A model generated the notes under the pieces. The model made no database searches. It was not told the origin of the DNA and worked only from the letters and a program-made list of their open reading frames with translations. Source: an uncultured virus (IMG/VR IMGVR_UViG_3300024268_000045) (Duplodnaviria; Heunggongvirae; Uroviricota; Caudoviricetes). Taken from it: DNA of 64,000 nt. The stretch lies in IMG/VR virus record IMGVR_UViG_3300024268_000045. The stretch is one strand, 5' to 3'. Both the position numbers and the translations under genes were made by a program. Of this stretch, positions 18,956-27,981 are shown piece by piece. Each line of letters opens with the position of its first letter. Positions within the stretch are counted from its first letter, which is position 1.

Positions 18956-19555
18956 TTATTTGCTTTCGCTAACTGCTGCAGTATCTTTAGGTGCTTCTTC
19001 AATCTTTTCAAAAAATTCATTAAGATCATCTCCTATCTTTTCAAGTACTGTGTCAGAAAGAGGTACTTGTTCTTTATTCTTAATTGCGTCGCGGCTTGCC
19101 TGTAAAACTTTTATAAGGTAATAACTTCTCTTAGGGCGAAAAAGGTCAATCACTGTTTGATTGTAAGTGTGATTTTTCAAATACTTTTCAACTTCTTTTA
19201 AGTTTTCATTATAATGCTTACATTTTTCAAAAAGAGCGTCAATCTCAAGATCTTCTGCTTTAATTATTGCAGTAAGAAAGAACTGTGATCTTATATCGAG
19301 ATTTTTATATTCGTCTTTGAAAAAACCAACCAAAGACTTAAACTCTTTTTGCATTCTTTCGCAGGCCATTGTTGTGTTTACAACAAAATACTTTTCGTAA
19401 GAAACAGTTTCACGCAATTCCTTATCAGAAAGTTTTGAAAGGTCAATCTTTTTCCTAACTATTCTAAATCTTGGGATAGGCCCACCTAAGCATATCCAAT
19501 AAAAAACCATTGTAAAGAATGCAAATGCCAAAGCTGTGCTTAAAGGATCCATCAT
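18956..19555 (-). CDS. Hypothetical protein with an N-terminal TM segment; may continue by frameshift into the Zn-ribbon ORF 18718-18970
   Basis: SD GGAG; hydrophobic N-terminus; the downstream CPNC..CKRC ORF has no evident start. Confidence 0.55.
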   Translation of the reverse strand: MMDPLSTALAFAFFTMVFYWICLGGPIPRFRIVRKKIDLSKLSDKELRETVSYEKYFVVNTTMACERMQKEFKSLVGFFKDEYKNLDIRSQFFLTAIIKAEDLEIDALFEKCKHYNENLKEVEKYLKNHTYNQTVIDLFRPKRSYYLIKVLQASRDAIKNKEQVPLSDTVLEKIGDDLNEFFEKIEEAPKDTAAVSESK

Positions 19556-19564
19556 ATAAAGCTC

Positions 19565-19864
19565 CTAATATAAAGGTTCTTCTTTTTGGTCAATTTCAAT
19601 TTGTTTAGCCAAGTCATCAAAGAATTTTATATCTTTGTACTTGTCATATATTTCCATACACTGTTCGATTGTAATTCTTACAAACCCAGGAAGCCAAGGA
19701 GAGCCGTCTCCTTTTTCACCTTTGCCGAAATGAATATTCCAACCGCCTGTACCGTCAGGTGATATTTCAACAACCCACTGCATTTTGCTTTTAAGGATTG
19801 AATTACCGTTCACCCACCAATTATCATCAATTTTCATTAAGCTTATCCTCAAACTTTTGAGCAA
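19565..19864 (-). CDS. Hypothetical protein (start probably MKIDDNW)
   Basis: ORF within an operon. Confidence 0.55.
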   Translation of the reverse strand: MLKSLRISLMKIDDNWWVNGNSILKSKMQWVVEISPDGTGGWNIHFGKGEKGDGSPWLPGFVRITIEQCMEIYDKYKDIKFFDDLAKQIEIDQKEEPLY

Positions 19865-20138
19865 AAATTTTGATAGGTGTTACTACTGCAAGAACAGCTG
19901 TTATAATTGCAGACAATACACATACTAAAGGAGCCATTCCGATATAAGGAAACCCAGCCCAAAAAGTGTATTTATATTTTTCTTCATCCCAAAAGAATTC
20001 TTTCATTACTTTTTTGATTGGGCTGAATTCTCCATAAGGCTCCATAAAAAGTCCGCAATCAATCCAAGTGAAAAATATAAATAAAAAATATGACACAGGT
20101 CATAAAAATAAACAAAAAACAAAAAACTTAGCAATCAT
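19827..20138 (-). pseudogene. Membrane protein gene with an in-frame TGA near 20100
   Basis: MIAKFFVFCLFL*PVSYFLFIFFTW reads as one continuous hydrophobic segment across the stop. Confidence 0.45.
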
Positions 20139-21324
20139 CTTTGTGTTCCTTATAATACTTTCTATCTGCAAGGTAAACAGCAATTCTTCTTGTAAAGTAA
20201 TACCATTTAACTCTTAATCTTTCTAAAGTCTGACGCCACTTTGGAAGTGGATTGTAGCCTGAGCGGCAAATGATTGTGTATAAGTCATCACATACAGGGC
20301 ATATTACTGCGTTCTTTGGATTTGTTCGATGCCAACCTAAAGTAACAACTTTTTCAAACACAGGCTCTGCTTCATTTTTGTTTACTGCTTCCAAACAGGC
20401 ATTGTTCATATCATCTGCATTTGTTACAACATCACCAAACTTGATATGTCGCCAAGCGCCGCCTTTGATGTTTCCATTATTATACAAGTCGATTGAGTGA
20501 AGTCTTATTTCCCACAACTCATCGAAAGTTTCTTTGAGTTCATACTTCTTTGCAGTCTCTTCGTATTCTTTTTCTGAGTAAAATTGTAATCTTTCATATT
20601 CTTCACCTGCAACAGGTTCATAAAGTCTTCCTGCACCGCCGAAAGAAGCATATTTGAAAATGCCATCTTTCTTATCACACTTAAAGCCTACAGGTCTTAC
20701 ATAACCAATGTCAGGATTTCCAACCCAAGAAGTAAACTTAAATGTATTGCCGCCAACTCTTACGCCATCAACAGCACAAGCTTTACAGTAGCAGTCATAC
20801 ATTTTCATCATTGGGTCCCAGTAAAACTTTGATACAAGATGATGTCTTTTTATGTATTTGAATTGTTTTCTTGCTTCTTCAGGAGATGGAAATGTTTCCC
20901 ATTTAACAACGATATGTTCGTGTGGGCCGTCGGCTTCAACAGTAACTTCTTCGCGATTAACTGAATTGCCTTTATCAGTTGAATAATGACACTTATTATG
21001 AGCGTAAGGAGTAAAATACACAGGGTCCCAATCTTTTGTTTTTGGGATGCTGATTTCGATTGATTGTCTTTGATTTTTCTCAAGATAAGATACTAAACTT
21101 GCAATAACAATACCGCAGTTTTCGTCTTCTCTTACAGTGCTATACCAAAACCAAACATTGATGTGAACTGTATTTTTACCTACTCTTAATATTTGAGAAA
21201 CAGTTTTGATTTCCCTTTTGCCGATTACGCATCTGCTTTCAAGAAAACGACACTTATCAATATAAGAGTTGTTAACCAAGTCTATTGATAAGTGTTCACT
21301 GTTTAATGTTGTTAGAGTTTTCAT
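20128..21324 (-). CDS. Hypothetical protein (398 aa)
   Basis: Long ORF with the GTTAATAT motif upstream. Confidence 0.7.
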   Translation of the reverse strand: MKTLTTLNSEHLSIDLVNNSYIDKCRFLESRCVIGKREIKTVSQILRVGKNTVHINVWFWYSTVREDENCGIVIASLVSYLEKNQRQSIEISIPKTKDWDPVYFTPYAHNKCHYSTDKGNSVNREEVTVEADGPHEHIVVKWETFPSPEEARKQFKYIKRHHLVSKFYWDPMMKMYDCYCKACAVDGVRVGGNTFKFTSWVGNPDIGYVRPVGFKCDKKDGIFKYASFGGAGRLYEPVAGEEYERLQFYSEKEYEETAKKYELKETFDELWEIRLHSIDLYNNGNIKGGAWRHIKFGDVVTNADDMNNACLEAVNKNEAEPVFEKVVTLGWHRTNPKNAVICPVCDDLYTIICRSGYNPLPKWRQTLERLRVKWYYFTRRIAVYLADRKYYKEHKDDC

Positions 21325-21573
21325 ACTGATTTATATTAACCTTCTTCCCAAGTTCGATCTTCCTCAGCAGAGTCTCGTCCGTAATCGTAACCGAGGTCAA
21401 GAACTTCGTCGTAAATTGTGTAGGCAATATCAACTCTTTTTGTAGGGTCTTTAATTGCTTCCTCAATAAGATTGATTATCCAATCACGGAATTTAACTTC
21501 GCAGGCTGTCTGCAACAGTCCCCAACGAATATCGTGCTCAGGAGCTTTTGGTAAGTTTGGATTTTTTGCCATT

Positions 21574-21903
21574 TTAGTCCACCTTGATAAAATCTTTACA
21601 AGCCTGATATGAACCTTGATACAGGACGTGAGTTTCACCCATATAAGTTTCATATTCGTTTTTGTTCAAAAGGCGGATGCCAACGTTGGTTTTGACAAGG
21701 AAATATGTTTCGCCTACCTGAAGGTCGTAAAGATCCCAGTCATCATCAGCAAACTTTGCTGCTTTTTCTTCAGTAAGGTCACGCCAAAAACCGCCGTCAC
21801 CGTGGTCTTCAAAATACTGTAAATTATTCTTATTTGATTTCAAAAGGTCAAGACGAACCTGAAGTTTATCAAGAATCTTATCAATATTAGGTGTATTAGC
21901 TAT
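21574..21903 (-). CDS. Hypothetical early protein with an apparent ATA start
   Basis: Early promoter, then AAGGAG-N6-ATA GCT in frame with the ORF ending at 21574. Confidence 0.45.
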   Translation of the reverse strand: MANTPNIDKILDKLQVRLDLLKSNKNNLQYFEDHGDGGFWRDLTEEKAAKFADDDWDLYDLQVGETYFLVKTNVGIRLLNKNEYETYMGETHVLYQGSYQACKDFIKVD

Positions 21904-21926
21904 AATGTTCTCCTTATATTCAGTTT

Positions 21927-21963
21927 ACAAATATAATATAAAGAAAACAGTTGAAAAGTTTAA
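21927..21963 (-). promoter_or_regulatory. Putative early promoter
   Basis: TTAAAC-N17-TATATT. Confidence 0.7.
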
Positions 21964-22331
21964 TTTTTTATGATTTGAAATTCGACTTTAAGTTCGATAA
22001 CATCAGCATTGCGCCAAAGTGGGTCAACCATTCTTCTCTTTCGATCTTCGAGAGTCTTTCTTGCAAGTGTTTCAGTTCTGTAAAGTTTTACAGTAGTAAA
22101 GCTGCCGAAGCGAGGCTTTTCCGCGCCGCCCCAGAAAAACATTTTCTTTCTGTTATCTGAAGAAATAATTGCAAAAGTCTGTTCCTTCATACAATCAGTC
22201 ATTTCATTTACTTTGTCTGCATAATTAGCACCTGCAGTGAAATCCTCGACTGTTTGCTTTCTTAACCAATCAGGCTCAGTTTTGCCTTTTTCCTTTGCAT
22301 ATCTGTTTGCTGCTTCAGTGTAATCTCTCAT
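21960..22331 (-). CDS. Hypothetical protein
   Basis: Translationally coupled ORF. Confidence 0.6.
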   Translation of the reverse strand: MRDYTEAANRYAKEKGKTEPDWLRKQTVEDFTAGANYADKVNEMTDCMKEQTFAIISSDNRKKMFFWGGAEKPRFGSFTTVKLYRTETLARKTLEDRKRRMVDPLWRNADVIELKVEFQIIKN

Positions 22332-22798
22332 TATCTGTTCCCATACTTTTTCTTGAGTCTTTCGTACTCTTCGCGTTCTTTCTTTTCAAGTTCGATAAGA
22401 CGCTTCTTTTCAAATTCTTCTTGTTCTTTTGCTTTAACTTCACTGTATTTTGTTTGAAGAACACCAATAATATTCTGTAAAAATTCTGGGATGCCAAATA
22501 AGCTTTCTCGCTCTATTTCACATTTCTTTCTCTCAAAATAAGAAAGCATTGCTGCAAGTGTGTTACTGTCTTGTATTGGAATTCTTACTTCATCTTTATC
22601 AACAAGATTTTCGCCATCAACAACAAAAGTAAAGAACTCGGGTCGTTCTTTCATAGCGTAAATCAGCTTTTCGGTAAGGTCGTCTATTGTTTTATCAACA
22701 TCGTTTCCAAAAAGAGCTCTAAAACCCTTTCTGTTAGCTTTTTCATAACCTTTGAAAAAGTTTTTAAGAAAAATGTTTTGGTCAATTCTATCCAACAT
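22331..22798 (-). CDS. Hypothetical protein
   Basis: TAATG-coupled ORF. Confidence 0.65.
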   Translation of the reverse strand: MLDRIDQNIFLKNFFKGYEKANRKGFRALFGNDVDKTIDDLTEKLIYAMKERPEFFTFVVDGENLVDKDEVRIPIQDSNTLAAMLSYFERKKCEIERESLFGIPEFLQNIIGVLQTKYSEVKAKEQEEFEKKRLIELEKKEREEYERLKKKYGNR

Positions 22799-22989
22799 TA
22801 TGATAACCCCATAGGAAGCATATCTATTACTGATGTGATTGCTGTATAACCATTACGTCTTGCTTCCTGAGCAATCTTATCAATATTATCTTCATACTGT
22901 AAACCCAATGTTGTAAAAAGTGTAGCAACAAGGGTTCCTTCTTTATCGTAAATACGAAGTCTTATGTGGTGCCAATTTAATGCGCCCAT

Positions 22990-23334
22990 TTACGCCTCCA
23001 CTTTTTTCACAGGCTTATCAAGATACTTCCACTCATTAACAGGCCAACTTTGGTCAGACTCTCCATCAATTGCATTTTTGATAAACCAACCGCTTGAGCT
23101 TTTGTAATAACCTATAAAAGTTTTTTCACAAATGGGCTTATCACCGAAAGTTGATGTTAGAGTACCGTGACATAAAACCAATTCGCCTTCACGAGGAAGG
23201 TCATTCTCTTCTACATAATGCCATTCGTGATTGCTCCCATCTTTAAGACCTTCGTTATAACCTTCGTTATAAACAGCCTTTAAGATAAACTCAACTTTTT
23301 TGGCATCTCTTCTTAACACATCTGCTAACTTCAT
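22990..23334 (-). CDS. Hypothetical phage protein (DUF551-like WH..LP..VL..W pattern)
   Basis: EWHYVEENDLPREGELVL...VNEWKYL. Confidence 0.55.
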   Translation of the reverse strand: MKLADVLRRDAKKVEFILKAVYNEGYNEGLKDGSNHEWHYVEENDLPREGELVLCHGTLTSTFGDKPICEKTFIGYYKSSSGWFIKNAIDGESDQSWPVNEWKYLDKPVKKVEA

Positions 23335-23343
23335 AATTTTATA

Positions 23344-23817
23344 TTAACTGTCAAAGCCTGTTTCAACTTTTACGAGGTCTTTAGGTGTTTCCTTTTTAAG
23401 TTTTTCAAGCTTTTCTTTGTACATTTCAATCTTTCTTTCACAGTCCTCAATGTCTGCTTTATTTTGAAATGAAAGCGGCTTGAAAGATTCCCAGAGCGCA
23501 CAATTTGATTTATAGCTTTTAGGGTACTTTTTGTAAAAAACATCTTCTGCTTCTTTCTGAGTTTTTGCGAGGATTCTTTCTGTTTCTGTTGATCTTGTTA
23601 CATCGCTTCGCTTATTGTAACGCCCTTGAACTTCTTCGTGTACATACTGAAAATAATATGCATTTAAGAAAAAGTCCTTTTTTGTCAATTCTTCAGCAGC
23701 AGCTTTTATAACAGACTTTTCTTCATCTCTTAATTCAGTATAAGGATGATATGTGTGGTCAAGATGATCTGAATTGTGGCGGGCAACAAAAATCATAATA
23801 CTCTTCACCTGATACAA
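23344..23817 (-). CDS. Hypothetical protein
   Basis: ORF within an operon. Confidence 0.55.
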   Translation of the reverse strand: MYQVKSIMIFVARHNSDHLDHTYHPYTELRDEEKSVIKAAAEELTKKDFFLNAYYFQYVHEEVQGRYNKRSDVTRSTETERILAKTQKEAEDVFYKKYPKSYKSNCALWESFKPLSFQNKADIEDCERKIEMYKEKLEKLKKETPKDLVKVETGFDS

Positions 23818-24088
23818 ACTTTTTAGCTCTTCCTTTATAATCTCCTGTGCTTATTATTGCAGCAATCCAACTTATCTGATAAGTCTCTAAATCTTTATTT
23901 GTCAAAACACATACACCATCAGAAGAGTTGACATAAAAAATAAGATATGCATAATTACCAAGCATAAGAGAACGGATTACGATTTCGTTAAGAGGGAGCT
24001 CTTCTAAATCAGGTATCTCTAAAACAAAATCGAAGTAGTGATACTGTTCTTGATGAAATTGATTTTTACCGTTTAAGAATTGAGCCAT
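23759..24088 (-). CDS. Hypothetical protein
   Basis: GGTGG SD-like sequence upstream of ATG. Confidence 0.5.
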   Translation of the reverse strand: MAQFLNGKNQFHQEQYHYFDFVLEIPDLEELPLNEIVIRSLMLGNYAYLIFYVNSSDGVCVLTNKDLETYQISWIAAIISTGDYKGRAKKFVSGEEYYDFCCPPQFRSS

Positions 24089-24100
24089 ATAAAAGCCACC

Positions 24101-24136
24101 ATAAAAAGATAGAGGGTTGACATAACATCAACCCTC
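24101..24136 (-). terminator. Terminator closing the tmRNA / endonuclease / RNA-array region
   Basis: GAGGGTTGA-N7-TCAACCCTC followed by TATCTTTTT on the minus strand. Confidence 0.7.
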
Positions 24137-24515
24137 GGGGATTAGCGCACCGCGCTCTGTTCCTCCACCACTTGCTTTTTAGGAAAGCAAGAAAACCGAG
24201 GGTGTCCCGATTTCTCGAAACAACTTATCCACCACCAATTTTTGAGAAAAATTGGAAAACAACAGTCAAGGAGTAACCATCAACTCTTAACTGTAGTGGG
24301 AGAGTGTAGCCACTCAACCCCACCGCCAGCAGTTTTCTGTCAAAACTGCAAACTCTCAAAGGGATCCTGAACCTTTAAGAAGTTTCACTTTCACTTTCAG
24401 TTGTCCGAACTCAACTAAAGCAGGGAGGGAAACCGAAAGCAATCCCTATGGGGATAATCTCCACCACCAAGTTTCATTGATGTTTTCAGAAGGAAGCTTC
24501 AAAAAACTTGGAAAC
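24137..24515. ncRNA. Unrecognised four-unit structured RNA array (plus strand: CCRCCA-hairpin-AAAC; minus strand: GUUU-hairpin-UGGYGG)
   Basis: CCRCCA at 24165, 24229, 24323 and 24461, each followed directly by an 8-9 bp stem of different sequence and then AAA(A)C; no long ORF. Confidence 0.7.
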
Positions 24516-24522
24516 AAATACC

Positions 24523-25122
24523 TTAAACTTTACATCGTCCTTTGGAAAAACCATCGGGACAAGTTGCGGATTTTACATTTTTGACTCCGTTAGTCCACCA
24601 ATGTGTTCCAAACTGACTGTTTGCAGAACCTTTATGTGATTCTGACATTTTCTTTTTTGACTCTTCAGAAAACTTAAAACCAGTTGTTCCTTTATTGCTA
24701 TGGTGATTTTTATTGCAATAGTACCAACCTTTGTTTCTACCTTCTTTATAAGCCTTTTTCATTGCATCACTCAAATGCTTTTTATATGAGTCAGAACGAT
24801 AATCAATAAATTTTGAAAGATCTCCGCCATCACCGCCACTCGCAAGATTGTACTCTGCTTTGCCAATAAGCTTTTGACAGGCTATCATACATCTTTCAAA
24901 ATGATTTATCTGTTCTTTGGTAAAAAATCCTGAAATAACAATTGTCTTTTCAAAATTTTCCAAACCATATTTTCTTTGAGCCGCATTTATAAGTCTTCCC
25001 GAACCATAATAAATGTCTGTCTCAAAAGTTCTCCCCTTTCTTAGGGTGTGTTGGCCAATGTAAGTTTTTCCATTAACCAAATTTTTAATCTCATAAATAT
25101 ATCTAATTACTTGTGTTTCCAT
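24523..25122 (-). CDS. Free-standing GIY-YIG homing endonuclease with NUMOD3-type motif
   Basis: YIYEIKNLVNGKTYIGQ, YYGSG, YNLASGG, SEESKKKMSESHKG. Confidence 0.9.
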   Translation of the reverse strand: METQVIRYIYEIKNLVNGKTYIGQHTLRKGRTFETDIYYGSGRLINAAQRKYGLENFEKTIVISGFFTKEQINHFERCMIACQKLIGKAEYNLASGGDGGDLSKFIDYRSDSYKKHLSDAMKKAYKEGRNKGWYYCNKNHHSNKGTTGFKFSEESKKKMSESHKGSANSQFGTHWWTNGVKNVKSATCPDGFSKGRCKV

Positions 25123-25147
25123 AAGTAATTAGTATACTTTGGATCTT

Positions 25148-25528
25148 TGGAGCTGGGGAGAATCGAACTCCCGTCCTATGTAACTGACCGCTAACACTTC
25201 TTTACAGGCTTAAACTCCATTATTTTAGGCTTAAGGAACGGAGCAAAAACTATAGTTCGGTTGTTGATACAATCTCAGAAGCCACCAATAAACCGCTTCT
25301 TTTGAAGGTTGCTCTTTTGTGATACAACTCCATTTGGAAAGCAATAGCCGTCTGGGTTGCAACTAAGGGAGTTTATCCCCTTAGGTTAGGCAGCGATTCT
25401 TGCGAATACGCTGTTGCTCTTGCGAGCGAAAACTGAACGTTTTGTTGCAGTTATTTTTGTTCGTATTAAGGTCGACACCTTTACCTGATGTTAGAAACCA
25501 CTTTACAAGTCGAAACCTGTGCAGCCCC
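25148..25528 (-). ncRNA. ssrA: tmRNA; tag (A)ATKRSVFARKSNSVFARIAA at 25386-25448; CCA not encoded
   Basis: 5' GGGGCTG..GGTTTCGAC; 3' GACGGGAGTTCGATTCTCCCCAGCTCCA; G3:U70 acceptor stem; ATAACT-GCA resume context; tag ends AA-stop. Confidence 0.95.
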
Positions 25529-25554
25529 TTATATTTAATATATTAACAAGAACT

Positions 25555-25956
25555 TTAGATTAAGTCCAAAATTCTTCTTAATCTTTCTATGTTCAAGTTT
25601 GAAAATTGCTTAATCGTATCAACATTTTCAATTCCTGTTGAAGCAAGCTTATCAATGTTTTTCAAATCCTCAATCAAGAATCTGATTGCATCTGATACCA
25701 AAGCTTTCATATTTGAAGCAACAGTCAAATTTCCGTCTTCGATGTATGGAGCCAACTTTGCGTAAGAGTTGTTTACAAACTTTACGAAGTCAGCTGACTG
25801 ATGATTGTCGTAAACAGCCTCACTAAACTTTTGGAGAATTGTTCTGCTCTCTAAGTCAGAACCTTCTGTAAGTTTTATATAGTAGTTGAGGTTTAGTCTT
25901 TCACTAAACATAAGAACTTGTAAAACATAATTCTTCAAAAGTTTTGTATGATCCAT
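25555..25956 (-). CDS. Hypothetical protein
   Basis: AGGTGG SD-like sequence upstream. Confidence 0.6.
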   Translation of the reverse strand: MDHTKLLKNYVLQVLMFSERLNLNYYIKLTEGSDLESRTILQKFSEAVYDNHQSADFVKFVNNSYAKLAPYIEDGNLTVASNMKALVSDAIRFLIEDLKNIDKLASTGIENVDTIKQFSNLNIERLRRILDLI

Positions 25957-26152
25957 TTATGCCACCTGATAATTAGCGGATTATGTTTGCAAAAATAGTT
26001 GCGTTCCTTCGCTGAACAATTTTACCATCTTTGCGGCCAATAAATACGCCTGCTGTCTTGTTGTAAGAAAGCTGCCATCCATTGAACTCAGCATCAAAGC
26101 CGCGGCGAACTGTTTCCAAAAGTTCCATCATAATTAAAAACCTCCTGCGCTT

Positions 26153-26432
26153 TTACGCAACATAAGTTGTATATTCGTTAGTTCCGCTGTCTCTTTCAAG
26201 AACAGTTTGAACCATTTTAAGACCTAAGTCATTTCCAACAAAATCCTGCAAGTCAGCAACTTTTCTTATTGAGCCATCAGGAAGTTGTCTTTCTTCAGTA
26301 GAAGCTGAAAGTCCGCCCACGCCAACCATTGCAAGAGCGTCCCACATTGAACTGTATTTTTTTAGGAGTCATATTCCCGTTACCATAATCAGCAACAAGG
26401 TCCGCAATCAACTCTTTTTTAGCAAGTCCCAT
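26153..26432 (-). pseudogene. Early gene frameshifted in an A7 run (about 26357-26363)
   Basis: GGAG SD + MGLAKKE..MTPKK joins YSSMWDALAM.. if one A is removed. Confidence 0.5.
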
Positions 26433-26530
26433 TGTCAACTCCAATGAAGGTTTCCCGCTCCTTGGGTCCACCTACAAACCCCGTAAACCATCGGTAAGAA
26501 CCGACTCAATGCAGGCTGTCAACCAACCTG

Positions 26531-26567
26531 ACAATAATAATATAAAGAAGGATAATAAAAAGTATAA
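26531..26567 (-). promoter_or_regulatory. Putative early promoter (TTATAC variant)
   Basis: TTATAC-N17-TATATTATTATTGT. Confidence 0.7.
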
Positions 26568-26622
26568 ATTTCTCTTATACTTTTTTTTATTTATCCCCTC
26601 CATTATAGTTCAAAAATTCGCC

Positions 26623-27228
26623 TTAGTCGTCGTGTTTTTCGCCTTCTCTCCAAGGATTGTATGGGTACATAGCGCCGCATTTTCTACAAATGTTGTATTC
26701 TGCGCCGTGCATAATGTTCATAGGCAATTTTGCATAGCCAAAAACTTTACCGCCGCAGTTAGGACAAGGACCGTTATAGCCGTTAGGAAGTGGGTTGCTT
26801 CCCCAAGTTCCTATAACGCCGTTACTGCCTGAGCCTTCATCTCCATTGCAATATTTTTCAACATCAGCAGCAGATGCCCAAAGATTGCAGTCTTCAACAG
26901 TGTAAGAGCCGAGGTCATAATAGTTATATTTCATCTGACCTACTGTTTGGTCAAGAATGATGACTTCATTATCTTTATTGTCTTCAAACCAATCTTCAAA
27001 TGAGTCATAGCCTTCTTCTGTAAGGTCAGTTGATATTTCATCTTTAAGGTCTTCGACTTTACCCATAGCGATAACTTTTGCCTCGGAGTCTTCTCCGAAG
27101 CCACCTGTGCCGTGGGCGTAAACATCACAACCTGCATCAAGAAGTGACTTCAAATCTTTTTCATTAGTTACTTCTGACATCCCGATTGTTGACTCACGGT
27201 ATATGTTTTCAAATAACTTGTTCTCCAT
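26623..27228 (-). CDS. Acidic protein with a C-terminal zinc ribbon (start MENKLFE)
   Basis: SD AAGGAG; CPNC..CRKC. Confidence 0.6.
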   Translation of the reverse strand: MENKLFENIYRESTIGMSEVTNEKDLKSLLDAGCDVYAHGTGGFGEDSEAKVIAMGKVEDLKDEISTDLTEEGYDSFEDWFEDNKDNEVIILDQTVGQMKYNYYDLGSYTVEDCNLWASAADVEKYCNGDEGSGSNGVIGTWGSNPLPNGYNGPCPNCGGKVFGYAKLPMNIMHGAEYNICRKCGAMYPYNPWREGEKHDD

Positions 27229-27239
27229 TGTGTATCTCC

Positions 27240-27941
27240 TTAAAATTTTCCAAACGGCAAATGAACTTTTACGCAATCACCTTCGATTATCATATTATGT
27301 TCAATGTCTTTATATTTATAACCGTAATCTTTTGGGACAGTGCGACAAAAGTTTTTACGGAATTCTTCTGTATCTTCAATTGGGTGCTCGAAAATAATTG
27401 TTATGTCTTCATCACCGTTAGGTAAACAATCAATCATTTTATTATCATTAAAACGATTGTATATTCTTTCCCAGTTTTTGTAAAGATTGCGCATAAACTT
27501 ACTAACGTCTTGTTCAGTTCTGTCTGTTGCCTGTCTGTAATCGGCGTGCATCATTTCATTCTGACCGTGCCAACTGATTGCAACGACTTTACCGTATGGG
27601 AAAATTTCACATTTAAGATATATGTACTTTTTTCGATCTTTAACTGGGACGCAAACAGAAAACAAATACAATTCACCGCCTTCTTTGTTTCTGTTAGGTA
27701 AAACACATATTAAGTTTTTTGGCTCAAGAAACATATCAATAATCTTACAAGAAGTTTCTTTTGTCAAATGTTCATTGTGCATAAAATCACGGTTCTTATC
27801 TCTGTCTGCAATTTCAAATCTATGAGCTTTGATAGCTTGTTTGATTTTTGCAACAGCAGATGCAGCTTCTTCAGGAGTATGATGTCTTATTGCATTTGCT
27901 TTTGTTTCAAGCAGTATTTCAAGAAAAACTTTATCGTTCAT
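27240..27941 (-). CDS. MqsR-like (RelE-fold) ribonuclease domain protein
   Basis: RDKNRDFM..LT..GELYLF..YIYLK..VAISWH resembles the MqsR-family pattern REKN..IYIK..CISFH. Confidence 0.55.
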   Translation of the reverse strand: MNDKVFLEILLETKANAIRHHTPEEAASAVAKIKQAIKAHRFEIADRDKNRDFMHNEHLTKETSCKIIDMFLEPKNLICVLPNRNKEGGELYLFSVCVPVKDRKKYIYLKCEIFPYGKVVAISWHGQNEMMHADYRQATDRTEQDVSKFMRNLYKNWERIYNRFNDNKMIDCLPNGDEDITIIFEHPIEDTEEFRKNFCRTVPKDYGYKYKDIEHNMIIEGDCVKVHLPFGKF

Positions 27942-27981
27942 AGTCTTTAAACTAAATTATATATTTAGTTGGAGGTTGTAT

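Noticed and set aside
20098..20103. Stop-codon reassignment (TGA read as Trp)
   Set aside because: Long genes, including the very Trp-rich one, are uninterrupted in code 11, and TGA/TAG terminate clear genes; this is an isolated lesion.
24137..24515. CRISPR array or canonical tRNA cluster
   Set aside because: The units share structure but not repeat sequence, spacing is irregular, no cas genes are present, and there are no D-arm/TTCG T-arm cloverleaves.
26433..26531. Hammerhead, twister, pistol or a known riboswitch
   Set aside because: Core motifs (e.g. CUGANGA..GAAA in the right stem context) were not found by eye; kept only as an unassigned structured leader.
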